Source of the DNA: Fastidiosipila sp.
Lineage (GTDB): Bacteria; Bacillota; Clostridia; Saccharofermentanales; DTU023
Reading direction: 5' to 3'
DNA: 59,332 bases
NCBI GenBank assembly: GCA_012837885.1
Contig: DUQI01000051.1
Location: forward strand, 1-59,332
Made by a program: the position numbers and the translations under genes. Below are positions 1-8,776 of this stretch, piece after piece. The notes under the pieces are model-generated. The model was given only the letters and a program-made list of their open reading frames with translations. It was not told the DNA's origin and did no database searches. Each line of letters begins with the position of its first letter. Within the stretch, counting starts at the first letter, position 1.

Positions 1-1
1 A

Positions 2-97
2 CTGAAAAAAGCCGAACCGGCTCCGGCCGAGCCGGAAGCGCCGGCGGCAGACATCCTGCTGCTGACCGAAATCCGCGATCTGCTGCAAAAGAAATAA
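2..97 (+). CDS. mscL: 3' end of large-conductance mechanosensitive channel MscL (5' part outside window)
   Basis: Frame 2 reads LKKAEPAPAEPEAPAADILLLTEIRDLLQKK then TAA at 95-97. LLTEIRDLL matches the conserved C-terminal helix of MscL (E. coli ...VLLTEIRDLLK...). Confidence 0.7.
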   Translation: MKKAEPAPAEPEAPAADILLLTEIRDLLQKK

Positions 98-172
98 AAA
101 CAAAAATAACGAGCGGCCGCCCCAAAGCGTCCGCTTGTCATTTATCCGATCTAAAAGATAAGGAGATTCATT

Positions 173-1453
173 ATGGGTCTGATCAAAGTATTCAAAGACA
201 CCGTCGGCGGGGTGATGGAAGATCAGTGGCGCGAATTCTTCGTCTGCGACTCGCTACCAAACAATGTCCTAGTTCGCCGCGGCAGAAAAGCGTCGAGTAA
301 ACGTTCGTCGAACCGGGGCGATGACAATGTGATCTCGAACGGTTCGATCATTACGGTCGCACCCGGTCAGTTCATGCTGATTTCAGATCAGGGCCGGATC
401 GTCGATTTCACCGACGAACCGGGCGATTTTCTCTATGACCAGAGTTCCGAAGCGTCGCTGCTATACAACGACAAAGGACTCGCTGAGAGCATCAAAAAGA
501 CATTCAAGAACGCGATCGAGCGTTTCACCTTCGCCGGCCATCCGGGGAAAGATCAGAGGATTTACTATTTCAATACGAAACCGGTGCTCGCGAACCGTTA
601 CGGCACACCGAATCCGGTACCGTTCCGCATCGTCGATGAAAACATCGGCTTGAACATGGTCATGCCGATCCGTGCTCACGGCGAATACTCGTATAAGATC
701 GTCAACCCGCTGCTCTTCTATGTCAACGTCAGCGGTAACGTGACGGAAGATTATACGACGGAGATACTGGAAAGCCAGCTGAAGTCCGAATTGATGACGG
801 CGCTGCAACCGGCGTTTGCCAAGATCTCGGCGATGGGTATCACCTACGACGCCCTGCCTCTCCACACGGCGGAGTTGGCGGACGCCTTAAACGAAGTGCT
901 CTCGGCCAAGTGGACGGAGCTGCGCGGTCTGGCTGTCGATTCGTTCGGCATCAGTTCCGTCACGGCTTCCGATGAGGACGTCAAGAAACTGCAGGAGATG
1001 CAAAGTGCAGCCATCTACCGCGACGCCAGAATGGCGGCAGCCGGTATCACGGCCGCTCAGGCGGACGCGATGCGCGACGCCGCGAACAATCCGAATGCCG
1101 GGGCGTTTGTCGCCTTTGCCGGTATGAATGCCGCCGGTATGGCAGGTGGCATGAAGTCTTCCGACCTGTTCGAGCAGGCCGCCAAGGAAGAAGCGAGAGC
1201 GAGAGCCGCTGCCGTGCCACCGCTTGAACCGGAGCCGGTTCCCGATTCAAGCCCGGACAGTTGGGTCTGCGGCACCTGCGGCACGGGCGGTCACACCGGT
1301 AAATTCTGTACCGAGTGCGGCCAGCCGAAACCACTCTCCGCCCATTACCGCTGCGACAAGTGCGGTTATGAGCCGGACACGAGCAAGGCTATTCCGAAGT
1401 TCTGTCCTGAATGCGGCGATCCATTCAATGAAGAAGATCGCGTAGAATCATGA
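173..1453 (+). CDS. SPFH/Band-7 family protein (YdjI/COG4260-like) with C-terminal double zinc ribbon
   Basis: 426-aa ORF with AAGGAG 7 nt upstream of the ATG. The body resembles the YdjI-type SPFH family (from memory). An Ala/Gly-rich linker is followed by two CxxC..CxxC ribbons (CGTCG..CTECG and CDKCG..CPECG). Confidence 0.75.
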   Translation: MGLIKVFKDTVGGVMEDQWREFFVCDSLPNNVLVRRGRKASSKRSSNRGDDNVISNGSIITVAPGQFMLISDQGRIVDFTDEPGDFLYDQSSEASLLYNDKGLAESIKKTFKNAIERFTFAGHPGKDQRIYYFNTKPVLANRYGTPNPVPFRIVDENIGLNMVMPIRAHGEYSYKIVNPLLFYVNVSGNVTEDYTTEILESQLKSELMTALQPAFAKISAMGITYDALPLHTAELADALNEVLSAKWTELRGLAVDSFGISSVTASDEDVKKLQEMQSAAIYRDARMAAAGITAAQADAMRDAANNPNAGAFVAFAGMNAAGMAGGMKSSDLFEQAAKEEARARAAAVPPLEPEPVPDSSPDSWVCGTCGTGGHTGKFCTECGQPKPLSAHYRCDKCGYEPDTSKAIPKFCPECGDPFNEEDRVES

Positions 1454-2601
1454 CCGACAAGCCGCTCGAATTCGGAATGACCGAAACGGGCGAAGAGATA
1501 CTTGCTGAGCGAACCAAAAAAGAAACAGACGAAAAATGTCCGCAGTGCGGAGCCGTGCTCGATTTCGATCCCGGCTCCGGCGGACTCGTCTGCGCTTACT
1601 GCGGTTATAAAGGTGTTATTTTAGTAGACGAAAACGCCGTCGTTCAGGAATTGGCGTTCGAGAGCGCCGAGTATCGAGAGAGCATCGACTGGGGCACGGA
1701 GAAAAAACAGATCATCTGTCAATCCTGCGGGGCCGCCTCTATCTACGATCAACTGGCGATCGCTAATGAATGTCCGTTTTGCGGCTCGAATCAGGTGATG
1801 CAGGAGCGTGGTGTCGACAGCCTAGCGCCGAATGCCGTCGCCCCGTTCGAAATCTCTGTAGAGAAAGCGGCCGAGCATTTTTCGTTCTGGCTGAAGCGGC
1901 AGATCTTCGCTCCATCGAAAGCGAAAAGGCAGGCCAAAGCCGACCGCTTCAAAGGCGTCTATCTCCCCTTCTGGACGTTTGATGCCAACACCTACTCAAC
2001 CTATCAGGCCCGCTACGGCCGCGACCGGCGCGTACGTCAAAAGGACGGTTCCTACCGCACCGAGACCGACTGGTACAGCACCTCGGGTTCCTATGATTAT
2101 TTCATCGATGACGTGACGGTGATGGGATCGACGAGACACGATCCGCGAAATTTAAAGCGCATCGAACCGTACGATTTTCAGCGGCTGAAGCCATACCGAC
2201 CGGAGTATCTGGCCGGCTTCGTTTCGGAACGCTATTCCGTCGGCATCGATGACGCCTGGCCGCAAGCGAAAGATCAGATAGCGAACTTTCTTGACGGTCA
2301 GATCTCGCAACACATCAGAAACGTGAATCGCGCCGACCGCGTCTCGGGGCTTCGTTTTTCGACAAACTACAGTGACCGTACGTACAAATATACGCTGCTT
2401 CCGCTCTGGATGAGTTCTTTCTCCTACAAGGACAAGATCCACGAGTTTCTGGTCAACGGTCAGACCGGGAAGGTCTCGGGCAGCGTGCCGATCTCGATCA
2501 TCCGCGTGATTATCGCAGTCTTACTCGTGCTAGCGATCGTCCTGGCCGTGCTCTATGTGGCAAACGACGGTTTCCCCTTCCTCAGTACAGCGCGTTACTA
2601 A
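1450..2601 (+). CDS. zinc-ribbon membrane protein (YdjG-like)
   Basis: The ATG overlaps the upstream stop (ATGA at 1450-1453). Two N-terminal ribbons are present (CPQCG..CAYCG and CQSCG..CPFCG). There is one C-terminal hydrophobic helix (IIRVIIAVLLVLAIVLAVLYV). Confidence 0.6.
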   Translation: MTDKPLEFGMTETGEEILAERTKKETDEKCPQCGAVLDFDPGSGGLVCAYCGYKGVILVDENAVVQELAFESAEYRESIDWGTEKKQIICQSCGAASIYDQLAIANECPFCGSNQVMQERGVDSLAPNAVAPFEISVEKAAEHFSFWLKRQIFAPSKAKRQAKADRFKGVYLPFWTFDANTYSTYQARYGRDRRVRQKDGSYRTETDWYSTSGSYDYFIDDVTVMGSTRHDPRNLKRIEPYDFQRLKPYRPEYLAGFVSERYSVGIDDAWPQAKDQIANFLDGQISQHIRNVNRADRVSGLRFSTNYSDRTYKYTLLPLWMSSFSYKDKIHEFLVNGQTGKVSGSVPISIIRVIIAVLLVLAIVLAVLYVANDGFPFLSTARY

Positions 2602-2671
2602 TAAAGTAGGACACATACTCAAAGAGTTTTGCGTTAAGCTAAAAGGCAAAAACACAGGATACAGGTAATGA

Positions 2672-2733
2672 CAAAGGGGGCGTCACGCCCCCTTTGCCAT
2701 ACCTGTATGGGATAAGCCGCTAGCGCGGCTTTT
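2672..2733. terminator. two stem-loops between convergent genes (probable terminators)
   Basis: 10-bp GC-rich hairpin aaagggggcg-tca-cgcccccttt at 2673-2695. A second hairpin aagccgc-tagc-gcggctt follows at 2714-2731 and is followed by T residues. Confidence 0.5.
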
Positions 2734-2741
2734 ACGTCTAA

Positions 2742-4862
2742 TCAGTCACCGTTGATCGCATCGGTCATGAAGATAAACTGGATCGACGCGACGTTCTTAT
2801 TTCGCGGATCGGCAAAAGACACCGGTTCATAGTCAGTGCCTAGCATCGCGGCGATCTCCTCCTTGATCCTCGCCTCGACTTCCGTATCGAGATCATCGAC
2901 ACCTTCTTTAAACTCCTGCATGCCGTCTGCCAGACTTGTGACGCCATCGATGTAGGCGAGCAATCCGTCGCGCAGTTCGCCAGTTCCGCCTTGCACCTGT
3001 TTCACGCCATCGACGTAGTCTGCGACGCCGTCTCTTAAGCGGCGGCTGCCGCTTGCAAGTTCGGTCGCGCCGTCTTTCAGTTTGCCGCCTTCGTTGTTAA
3101 GTCGCGACAAACCGTCCCGCAACTGTGCCATACCGGCCGCCAGGCCCGGTTTGTCACCTGTACGGTTGACACCGTATGCCGCATTCTTCACACCCTGCAC
3201 GTATTGGGTCAGGCCGTCTTCCAGTTGCTGTTGACCGGCAACCAATTCGCCGATCCCGGCTTTCAGTTCGCCTATCTTTGATCCGGCTTCTCCCAAGGCA
3301 CTAAGCTCGGTCGCCAGCGCCTGAATGCCGGCATCGAGCGTCGCGTATTCGCCGGCGAGTGTAGCGAGCCCCGACTGCAATGGCTGCAGCGACTCATTGA
3401 CCTGACCGATGCCACCGACGTAAGATGACAAGCCAGCCTTCACCTGAATCAGGGCTGCGACATTTTGCGAAATCGCAGCGGACTGTTCAGCCAGCGTATA
3501 AAGCATCGAGGCGAACGGTTCGGTCTGGGCTGTCTCCTGATCGATCTGAAACATCGCTGCAAAGTCGGCCGCACCGAGCGCCGGTGGTGCCGCCTCCGGC
3601 ACGTTCGACAGTCCCGCCAGGATATTTTGTCCCTGCGTCGTCAGTTCGGAAAAGCCACCCGCGAGTTCGGTCAGACCGCCGCTTAGCGTGTTTAGACCGT
3701 TTTTAACTTCGCTCGACCCGTTGACGAGCGACGTAACGGCTTCACCGACATCGACCGGTGCGGCATCGCTACCGCCCAGTGCTTCGGACAATGCCGTAAG
3801 GCCTTGTTTGACACCGGCTGCACCGTCGATCAGGGCTTGTCCGTTGTTCGCGAGTGTCCTCAGACCGCCGCCGAGTTCACTGACTCCGCTGGCCAGTTGT
3901 CTCGACGCATAGGTGACGTTTCCGATGCCGCCCATGTAAGCGTTCAAGCCGTCTCCAAATTCGGCCACACCGCCTCTCAGTCCCTCGGCACCCGACACCA
4001 GGTCGGAGCCGCCGTCGACCAGTTTATCGATCCCGTCGACGAAATCGGATAGTCCCGTCGTGATCTCTTCTCCCGCCGTCTTCAATTCAGCGGAACCTTC
4101 CGCCAGCTGATCGACGGCATCGAACAGCTGCTGGAAGTCAAACTCTTCGGAACTGCCGAGGAAGGAGTCCAATTCGACGTCATAATTCAAAGGCACGGCC
4201 GAGATCTGTATACCCGGCATTTGGAAAGCGCTGACGTTTGCTTTGACCTGAAACACGTCTTCTTGTCCCGGCAGCGCCATGAAGGTGACCGTATTACTAT
4301 CGCCGGCCATCGCGATCGTCCCTTTCTCTGCCGTGACCTGAGTCGCGTGTTCGAAAGGTAGACTGACCATGATCTGTAGCGCGAAGAAATCCGAGAACAG
4401 CTCTTGTCCAGGTGTTTTTTTGACCTCGATCGACAGCGCCAGCGCACCGTCTTTTCCGGAAAGTTCGGGCAGTAAAACAGGCTCTTCATCGAGGGTCGCT
4501 TCTACCGTAAAAGTCCACGGCAAGGTTGCGTCCTCTATTTCACCCTGATAATAAAAGCGTCCCGCCTCGGAGTTGATTTTGTACGTGTCCCCGTCGGCTT
4601 CGATCGTGCCGAGGTCGGTTAAACGACTGATCGAGATATAGTCGCCGTAGTCAACGAACGCTTGCGCCTCCGGTACATCGAAATGATTGACGATGAAGAC
4701 GCGCGACGGTTCGCCTGAGACGCCGAGCTGTGCGAACACGGCTTCTATCTTGGTCACTGCTTCCGCCTCTGCCTCCGCCTTGATCAAAAAGGGCGGAAAG
4801 ACGAGACACAAAACGATGAGCAGTGATAACAGTCTTTTTAAAGGCGTGTTAGTTTTCATCAT
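2742..4862 (-). CDS. exported protein with YhgE/Pip-type xxxLxxG heptad repeats (no C-terminal membrane domain)
   Basis: N-terminal signal/anchor (LLSLLIVLCLVFPPFLIKA). There are long runs such as GLSDFVDGIDKLVDGGSDLVSGAEGLRGGVAEFGDGLNAY and LRDGVADYVDGVKQVQGGTGELRDGLLAYIDGV. The start overlaps the MMPL stop by 14 nt. Confidence 0.6.
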   Translation of the reverse strand: MMKTNTPLKRLLSLLIVLCLVFPPFLIKAEAEAEAVTKIEAVFAQLGVSGEPSRVFIVNHFDVPEAQAFVDYGDYISISRLTDLGTIEADGDTYKINSEAGRFYYQGEIEDATLPWTFTVEATLDEEPVLLPELSGKDGALALSIEVKKTPGQELFSDFFALQIMVSLPFEHATQVTAEKGTIAMAGDSNTVTFMALPGQEDVFQVKANVSAFQMPGIQISAVPLNYDVELDSFLGSSEEFDFQQLFDAVDQLAEGSAELKTAGEEITTGLSDFVDGIDKLVDGGSDLVSGAEGLRGGVAEFGDGLNAYMGGIGNVTYASRQLASGVSELGGGLRTLANNGQALIDGAAGVKQGLTALSEALGGSDAAPVDVGEAVTSLVNGSSEVKNGLNTLSGGLTELAGGFSELTTQGQNILAGLSNVPEAAPPALGAADFAAMFQIDQETAQTEPFASMLYTLAEQSAAISQNVAALIQVKAGLSSYVGGIGQVNESLQPLQSGLATLAGEYATLDAGIQALATELSALGEAGSKIGELKAGIGELVAGQQQLEDGLTQYVQGVKNAAYGVNRTGDKPGLAAGMAQLRDGLSRLNNEGGKLKDGATELASGSRRLRDGVADYVDGVKQVQGGTGELRDGLLAYIDGVTSLADGMQEFKEGVDDLDTEVEARIKEEIAAMLGTDYEPVSFADPRNKNVASIQFIFMTDAINGD

Positions 4863-6924
4863 GTACTCCTTTCAGGGCACGTTTCTTTCCGAAAGACAGC
4901 GTACTGAGTGCGCGGTCCGACAGCGCGAGCGCTGCCGGCAGGAAAAAGATGACCATGCCGAGTGAGATCAGGGCACCACGCCCCAATACGAGGCCGAGCT
5001 CGCTGACGACAGACAAGGTGGAAACGAAATAGAGAGCGAAGCCGGCACCGGCCAGAATGAGGGCAGGCGGAATCACCGTGCGCGCTGTTTTGGCCGCCGA
5101 GACGGAGGCCGCCTCCCATTTTTTCATGTGTTGACGACTGTCGAGATAGTTTTGCGACATCAAAATTGCATAGTCGACGGTGGCACCGAGTTGTACCGTG
5201 CTGATCACGAGATAACCGATATAGGCGATCGAGACGCCGCTGACGTACGGGATCGCCAAATTGATCCAGATGGAAATCTCGATCGTCAACACGAGAAGCA
5301 CGGGCAGGACAAAAGTGCGGAAAGTGAACATGATCACGAGCGCTACGGCGAGGATCGCCAAGCCGTTCACGATCAGGTCGTCACGCTGAATCGTATCGCG
5401 CATATCGACCAGGCTGAAGCTCTGCCCGACGAGATGACTGCCCTCCGGGAAATGCTCGGCCGTGATCAGGCGGATCTTTTCCGCCAAGGCGAAGGTCTCC
5501 TCACTTTCAGGTTCGACATCGGCGATCAGGATCAGGCGACTGTATTTTTCGGAAATCAACATGTTGCGATCCGACTCCGGCAAGAAGTCTGCCGGGATAC
5601 CGCGTCCGACGAGCGTCGTGTAATCGATGATCGAGCTGATCTGAGGCAGCTCGTTCAACGATTTGACGAGATCGGCCTGGATCGCAAACTCGTTGTTCGG
5701 CACGAGCATGACCATCTGCTCCTGGCGACCGAAACGCGCTCTTATCTCCGCCAGGTCCGTCTCTTCGATCGATCCTTTGGCAAAGTCGCCCATGCCGTAC
5801 TGAAACGCATTCTGACGGCTCATTCGAAAGGCGGGATAGGCGACGATCAAGGCGACGATAACAGCGACCGTTCCGATCCTGGCTGAGAACCGGCCGAGCC
5901 GCTTAAACGACGGCCAAAAGCTCTTGTGTCTCGTCTTGTCGATCACCCGGATCAACATTAAGACGAGCACGGGCAAAAGCAAGGTGACGGTAATGAAGCT
6001 TAAGACGACCCCCTTGGCCAGAACAATCCCGAGATCGCTGCCGATCCCGAAGCGCATGAAAATGAGGGCGAGAAAACCAAAGAACGTCGTTAACGCCGAT
6101 GCGGAAATCGCCGGCAGCGATTTGACGATCGCTTTTTGCATCGCTTCTTCATTCGAACTACTCAAAGGGCGATACTCTTCGAATCGATGGAGCAGATAGA
6201 TCGTATAGTCCATCGTCACGGCGAGCTGGAGAACCCCGGCCACCGATTGCGTAATAAACGAGACATCGCCGAGAATAATATTGCTGCCGAAGTTCAGCAA
6301 AACACCGGCCGAGATCGTTACCAGAAATAACAAGGGCTCGATCCAGGACGAACTGGTGACAAGTAAGATAACGAGGGCGATCGGCACCGCGATCAATAAG
6401 ATGCCGGTCATTTCGCTCTTCACGGCATCCTGCGCGCTGGCCGTCTCGATCAGCTGTCCCGCCAGATAACCATCTTCACCGATATGCTGGCGAATCAATT
6501 CGACGGCTTCGGTCTCTTTCAGATCGTCATTGACCGTGACGGTATAGAGGGCAAATCCTTCGGCGTAAAAGCTTTTGACAACGCTTTGATCCTGCAGTTC
6601 AAGCGGTGTCGCAACATCGGCCTGATCGTCGAGCCAGATAACGTCACTGATATATGGCTCAGCTTCCAATCGATGTTTTTTGGATAGTGCATCGGCGACA
6701 TCCGTCACCTTCAGCATCACCTGGAGGTTTGGCAACTCGCTGTCAAAGGCATCGCGCATGGCGTTCAGTGCCTTCGTCGAATCCGTATCCTGTGGCAGAT
6801 AGCTCGCCAGGTCATAGTTGACGCCGACTTTCAAAAAGCCGAAGACACTGATGACCATCAGGATAAGAAAAGCGAACAGGATCGTTTTTTTATGTTTCGT
6901 GATCCAAACGGCTAAGCGGTGCAT
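4849..6924 (-). CDS. MMPL/RND-superfamily membrane transporter
   Basis: About 690 aa with two hydrophobic 5-6 helix bundles, each preceded by a large soluble loop, which is typical MMPL layout. I prefer ATG 6924 (GGAGGG upstream) to the ORF-track ATG 6936, which has no RBS. Confidence 0.8.
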   Translation of the reverse strand: MHRLAVWITKHKKTILFAFLILMVISVFGFLKVGVNYDLASYLPQDTDSTKALNAMRDAFDSELPNLQVMLKVTDVADALSKKHRLEAEPYISDVIWLDDQADVATPLELQDQSVVKSFYAEGFALYTVTVNDDLKETEAVELIRQHIGEDGYLAGQLIETASAQDAVKSEMTGILLIAVPIALVILLVTSSSWIEPLLFLVTISAGVLLNFGSNIILGDVSFITQSVAGVLQLAVTMDYTIYLLHRFEEYRPLSSSNEEAMQKAIVKSLPAISASALTTFFGFLALIFMRFGIGSDLGIVLAKGVVLSFITVTLLLPVLVLMLIRVIDKTRHKSFWPSFKRLGRFSARIGTVAVIVALIVAYPAFRMSRQNAFQYGMGDFAKGSIEETDLAEIRARFGRQEQMVMLVPNNEFAIQADLVKSLNELPQISSIIDYTTLVGRGIPADFLPESDRNMLISEKYSRLILIADVEPESEETFALAEKIRLITAEHFPEGSHLVGQSFSLVDMRDTIQRDDLIVNGLAILAVALVIMFTFRTFVLPVLLVLTIEISIWINLAIPYVSGVSIAYIGYLVISTVQLGATVDYAILMSQNYLDSRQHMKKWEAASVSAAKTARTVIPPALILAGAGFALYFVSTLSVVSELGLVLGRGALISLGMVIFFLPAALALSDRALSTLSFGKKRALKGVHDEN

Positions 6925-7039
6925 GGGTCCCTCCATGTAAAAAGTATAGGGGCGCCTCGCCTCACTTGATAACGACAGATAAGCGATGACCTGTTAGATA
7001 ATCGACACATGTCGCTGAAATGTTGAGATTGTGAAAGAT

Positions 7040-7055
7040 CGTTCAAAATTGAACG
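7040..7055. promoter_or_regulatory. inverted repeat cgttcaa-aa-ttgaacg in divergent intergenic region (candidate operator or hairpin)
   Basis: Perfect 7-2-7 inverted repeat. The left arm can alternatively pair with gaacgat at 7059-7065. Confidence 0.25.
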
Positions 7056-7131
7056 GTGGAACGATTGCCCGAAAGCTGCCCCATCGGTATGCTTTCAACA
7101 TCCGGCAGCGCTCGGATGCGGAGAGACTCGT

Positions 7132-8331
7132 ATGGATTTAATCTTCTTGTTGCTTTTGTTTGCCGTGCTCGTCGTTCTCATGGTCAGGCGCCTTCCCCTC
7201 TTCATCGCGCTCGGCGTGACGGTTGTGCTCGGTTTTTTGGTCTACCGTGTCCCGCTGCAAAATATTTTTGAGATCCTGAAAGCCGGCATCATCTCGCGGA
7301 CGACCTTGCTGTTAATCTTGTCGTTTTACGCGATCACCTTTTTACAGCGCATGATGGAGAAAAGAGACCATCTGAAACTGGCCGAAGAAAGTCTCACGAA
7401 TCTGTTCGGTTCACGCCGTATTAATGCGATGGTCGCCCCGTTCATCATCGGTCTTCTGCCGGCCGTAGGTGCCGTCTTGATGGCACGGCCGATCGTCGAT
7501 CAGGCGGCCGCCGACGATCTTAACGCCGAGGAACGCTGCTTCGTCACGAGCTTCTACCGGCATATCTCGGAGAGTTTTCTACCGACCTACCCGTCGATCA
7601 TTTTGGCCATCGAGCTTTCCGGTGTGCCTCTGCCCCGGTTCGTTCTCGCGATGCTGCCGCTCGTCCTTTTACTCTTTATCCTCGGATTCATATTCTATAT
7701 CAGAAAAATACCGAAGACAGCCGGATTTAAAGCGACGAATCGCCGAAAGTCCTGGCAAAACCTGATCATCAGCCTGTGGGGCATCGTCTCGGCGATCATC
7801 CTGATACTCGCGTTTCAATGGCCGGTCTATCTCGCGTTGGCACCGATTTTGGTACTTTCTATCTTCGTTAATCGGTTCAGTTGGAAAGAGCTCCGTCCGA
7901 TGTTTATCAGCGCTTTTGAGTGGAAGCTCGTACTGACGCTGCTTTCGATCATGGTGTTTAAAGAGTTACTCGTGTTCACCGGCGTCGTCGACAGTCTGGC
8001 CGCATTCTTCGGTTCGATCGCACTCCCTCCGATCGTCATTTTCGGCCTGCTCTTTTTCTTCGGAACGATACTGACCGGCGCTCAGGCCATGATCGCCATG
8101 ATGCTCCCGGTAGCCGTAACTACCCTGGGACAAAACCTCGGAGTACTCGTCTTCATCATGTCCATGACCTTCATCGCATCGCAGGTCTCTCCGTCACACA
8201 TCTGTCTCGGCGTGATTACGGAGAGCTACGGACTGCCTTTCACCTCACTCGTCAAAAAGACTGTAACCGTCATGCTCTCTTTTATCTTGCTGAGCGCGCT
8301 CTACAGTTACGTATTGTCTGTCGTCTTTTGA
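7132..8331 (+). CDS. polytopic membrane protein, DUF401-like (family name from memory)
   Basis: 399-aa, highly hydrophobic ORF with GGAGAG RBS 8 nt upstream. Confidence 0.5.
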   Translation: MDLIFLLLLFAVLVVLMVRRLPLFIALGVTVVLGFLVYRVPLQNIFEILKAGIISRTTLLLILSFYAITFLQRMMEKRDHLKLAEESLTNLFGSRRINAMVAPFIIGLLPAVGAVLMARPIVDQAAADDLNAEERCFVTSFYRHISESFLPTYPSIILAIELSGVPLPRFVLAMLPLVLLLFILGFIFYIRKIPKTAGFKATNRRKSWQNLIISLWGIVSAIILILAFQWPVYLALAPILVLSIFVNRFSWKELRPMFISAFEWKLVLTLLSIMVFKELLVFTGVVDSLAAFFGSIALPPIVIFGLLFFFGTILTGAQAMIAMMLPVAVTTLGQNLGVLVFIMSMTFIASQVSPSHICLGVITESYGLPFTSLVKKTVTVMLSFILLSALYSYVLSVVF

Positions 8332-8350
8332 TCTCGAACGTCATATGTGA

Positions 8351-8379
8351 TTGACAAAAGATCTGGTTCTCACTACTAT
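8351..8379 (+). promoter_or_regulatory. sigma-A type promoter of tRNA-Thr
   Basis: TTGACA at 8351-8356, 17-nt spacer, TACTAT at 8374-8379. The tRNA 5' end lies 15 nt downstream. Confidence 0.5.
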
Positions 8380-8393
8380 AGTGAAGCCTTTTC

Positions 8394-8469
8394 GCCTGCG
8401 TAGCTCAGTTGGTAGAGCAGCTGATTTGTAATCAGCAGGTCGGGAGTTCGAATCTGTCCGCAGGCTCCA
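8394..8469 (+). tRNA. tRNA-Thr (anticodon UGU), CCA encoded
   Basis: Manual cloverleaf: acceptor GCCTGCG/CGCAGGC, D-arm GCTC-AGTTGGTA-GAGC, anticodon arm GCTGA-TTTGTAA-TCAGC, T-arm GGGAG-TTCGAAT-CTGTC. The T-arm has one G-G mismatch and one G-U pair. Discriminator is T, then CCA. Confidence 0.8.
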
Positions 8470-8472
8470 ATC

Positions 8473-8508
8473 AAAAACCGCCTTAGCAGTGAAACTATGG
8501 CGGTTTTT
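8473..8508 (+). terminator. rho-independent terminator after tRNA-Thr
   Basis: aaaaaccgcc ... ggcggttttt stem followed by a T-run. Confidence 0.6.
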
Positions 8509-8669
8509 CACTTTATTTACTGAGTGCATACTCTGAGTATTGCACCCATTTTTGCACCCTCAATTTCTAGAATTGATGCGTACGCACTTCCACAAATGTG
8601 CCCAAAGTCAGTCATCCTAGCCACTTGAAGTGATGAATAAACGTGATTATTGATGTCTTATCTGCTTCA

Positions 8670-8708
8670 TAATCAGCAGGTCGGGATTTCGAGTCTATCC
8701 GCAGGCTC
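8670..8708 (+). repeat. duplicated 3' half of tRNA-Thr (39 nt, 36/39 identical to 8429-8467); no 5' half present
   Basis: taatcagcaggtcgggaTttcgaGtctAtccgcaggctc aligns with the tRNA from the anticodon loop to the acceptor 3' strand. The upstream sequence cannot form acceptor or D arms. Confidence 0.7.
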
Positions 8709-8710
8709 AA

Positions 8711-8750
8711 AAACGCCCCGTTCCGATCATCGGAGACGGGGCGTCGTTTT
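8711..8750. terminator. bidirectional terminator hairpin
   Basis: acgccccgt(t)ccga-tca-tcgg(ag)acggggcgt, flanked by an A-run and a T-run. It lies 27 nt past the stop of the minus-strand vWA gene. Confidence 0.7.
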
Positions 8751-8776
8751 ACCTAAACGGTTGTTTTACTTGATGC

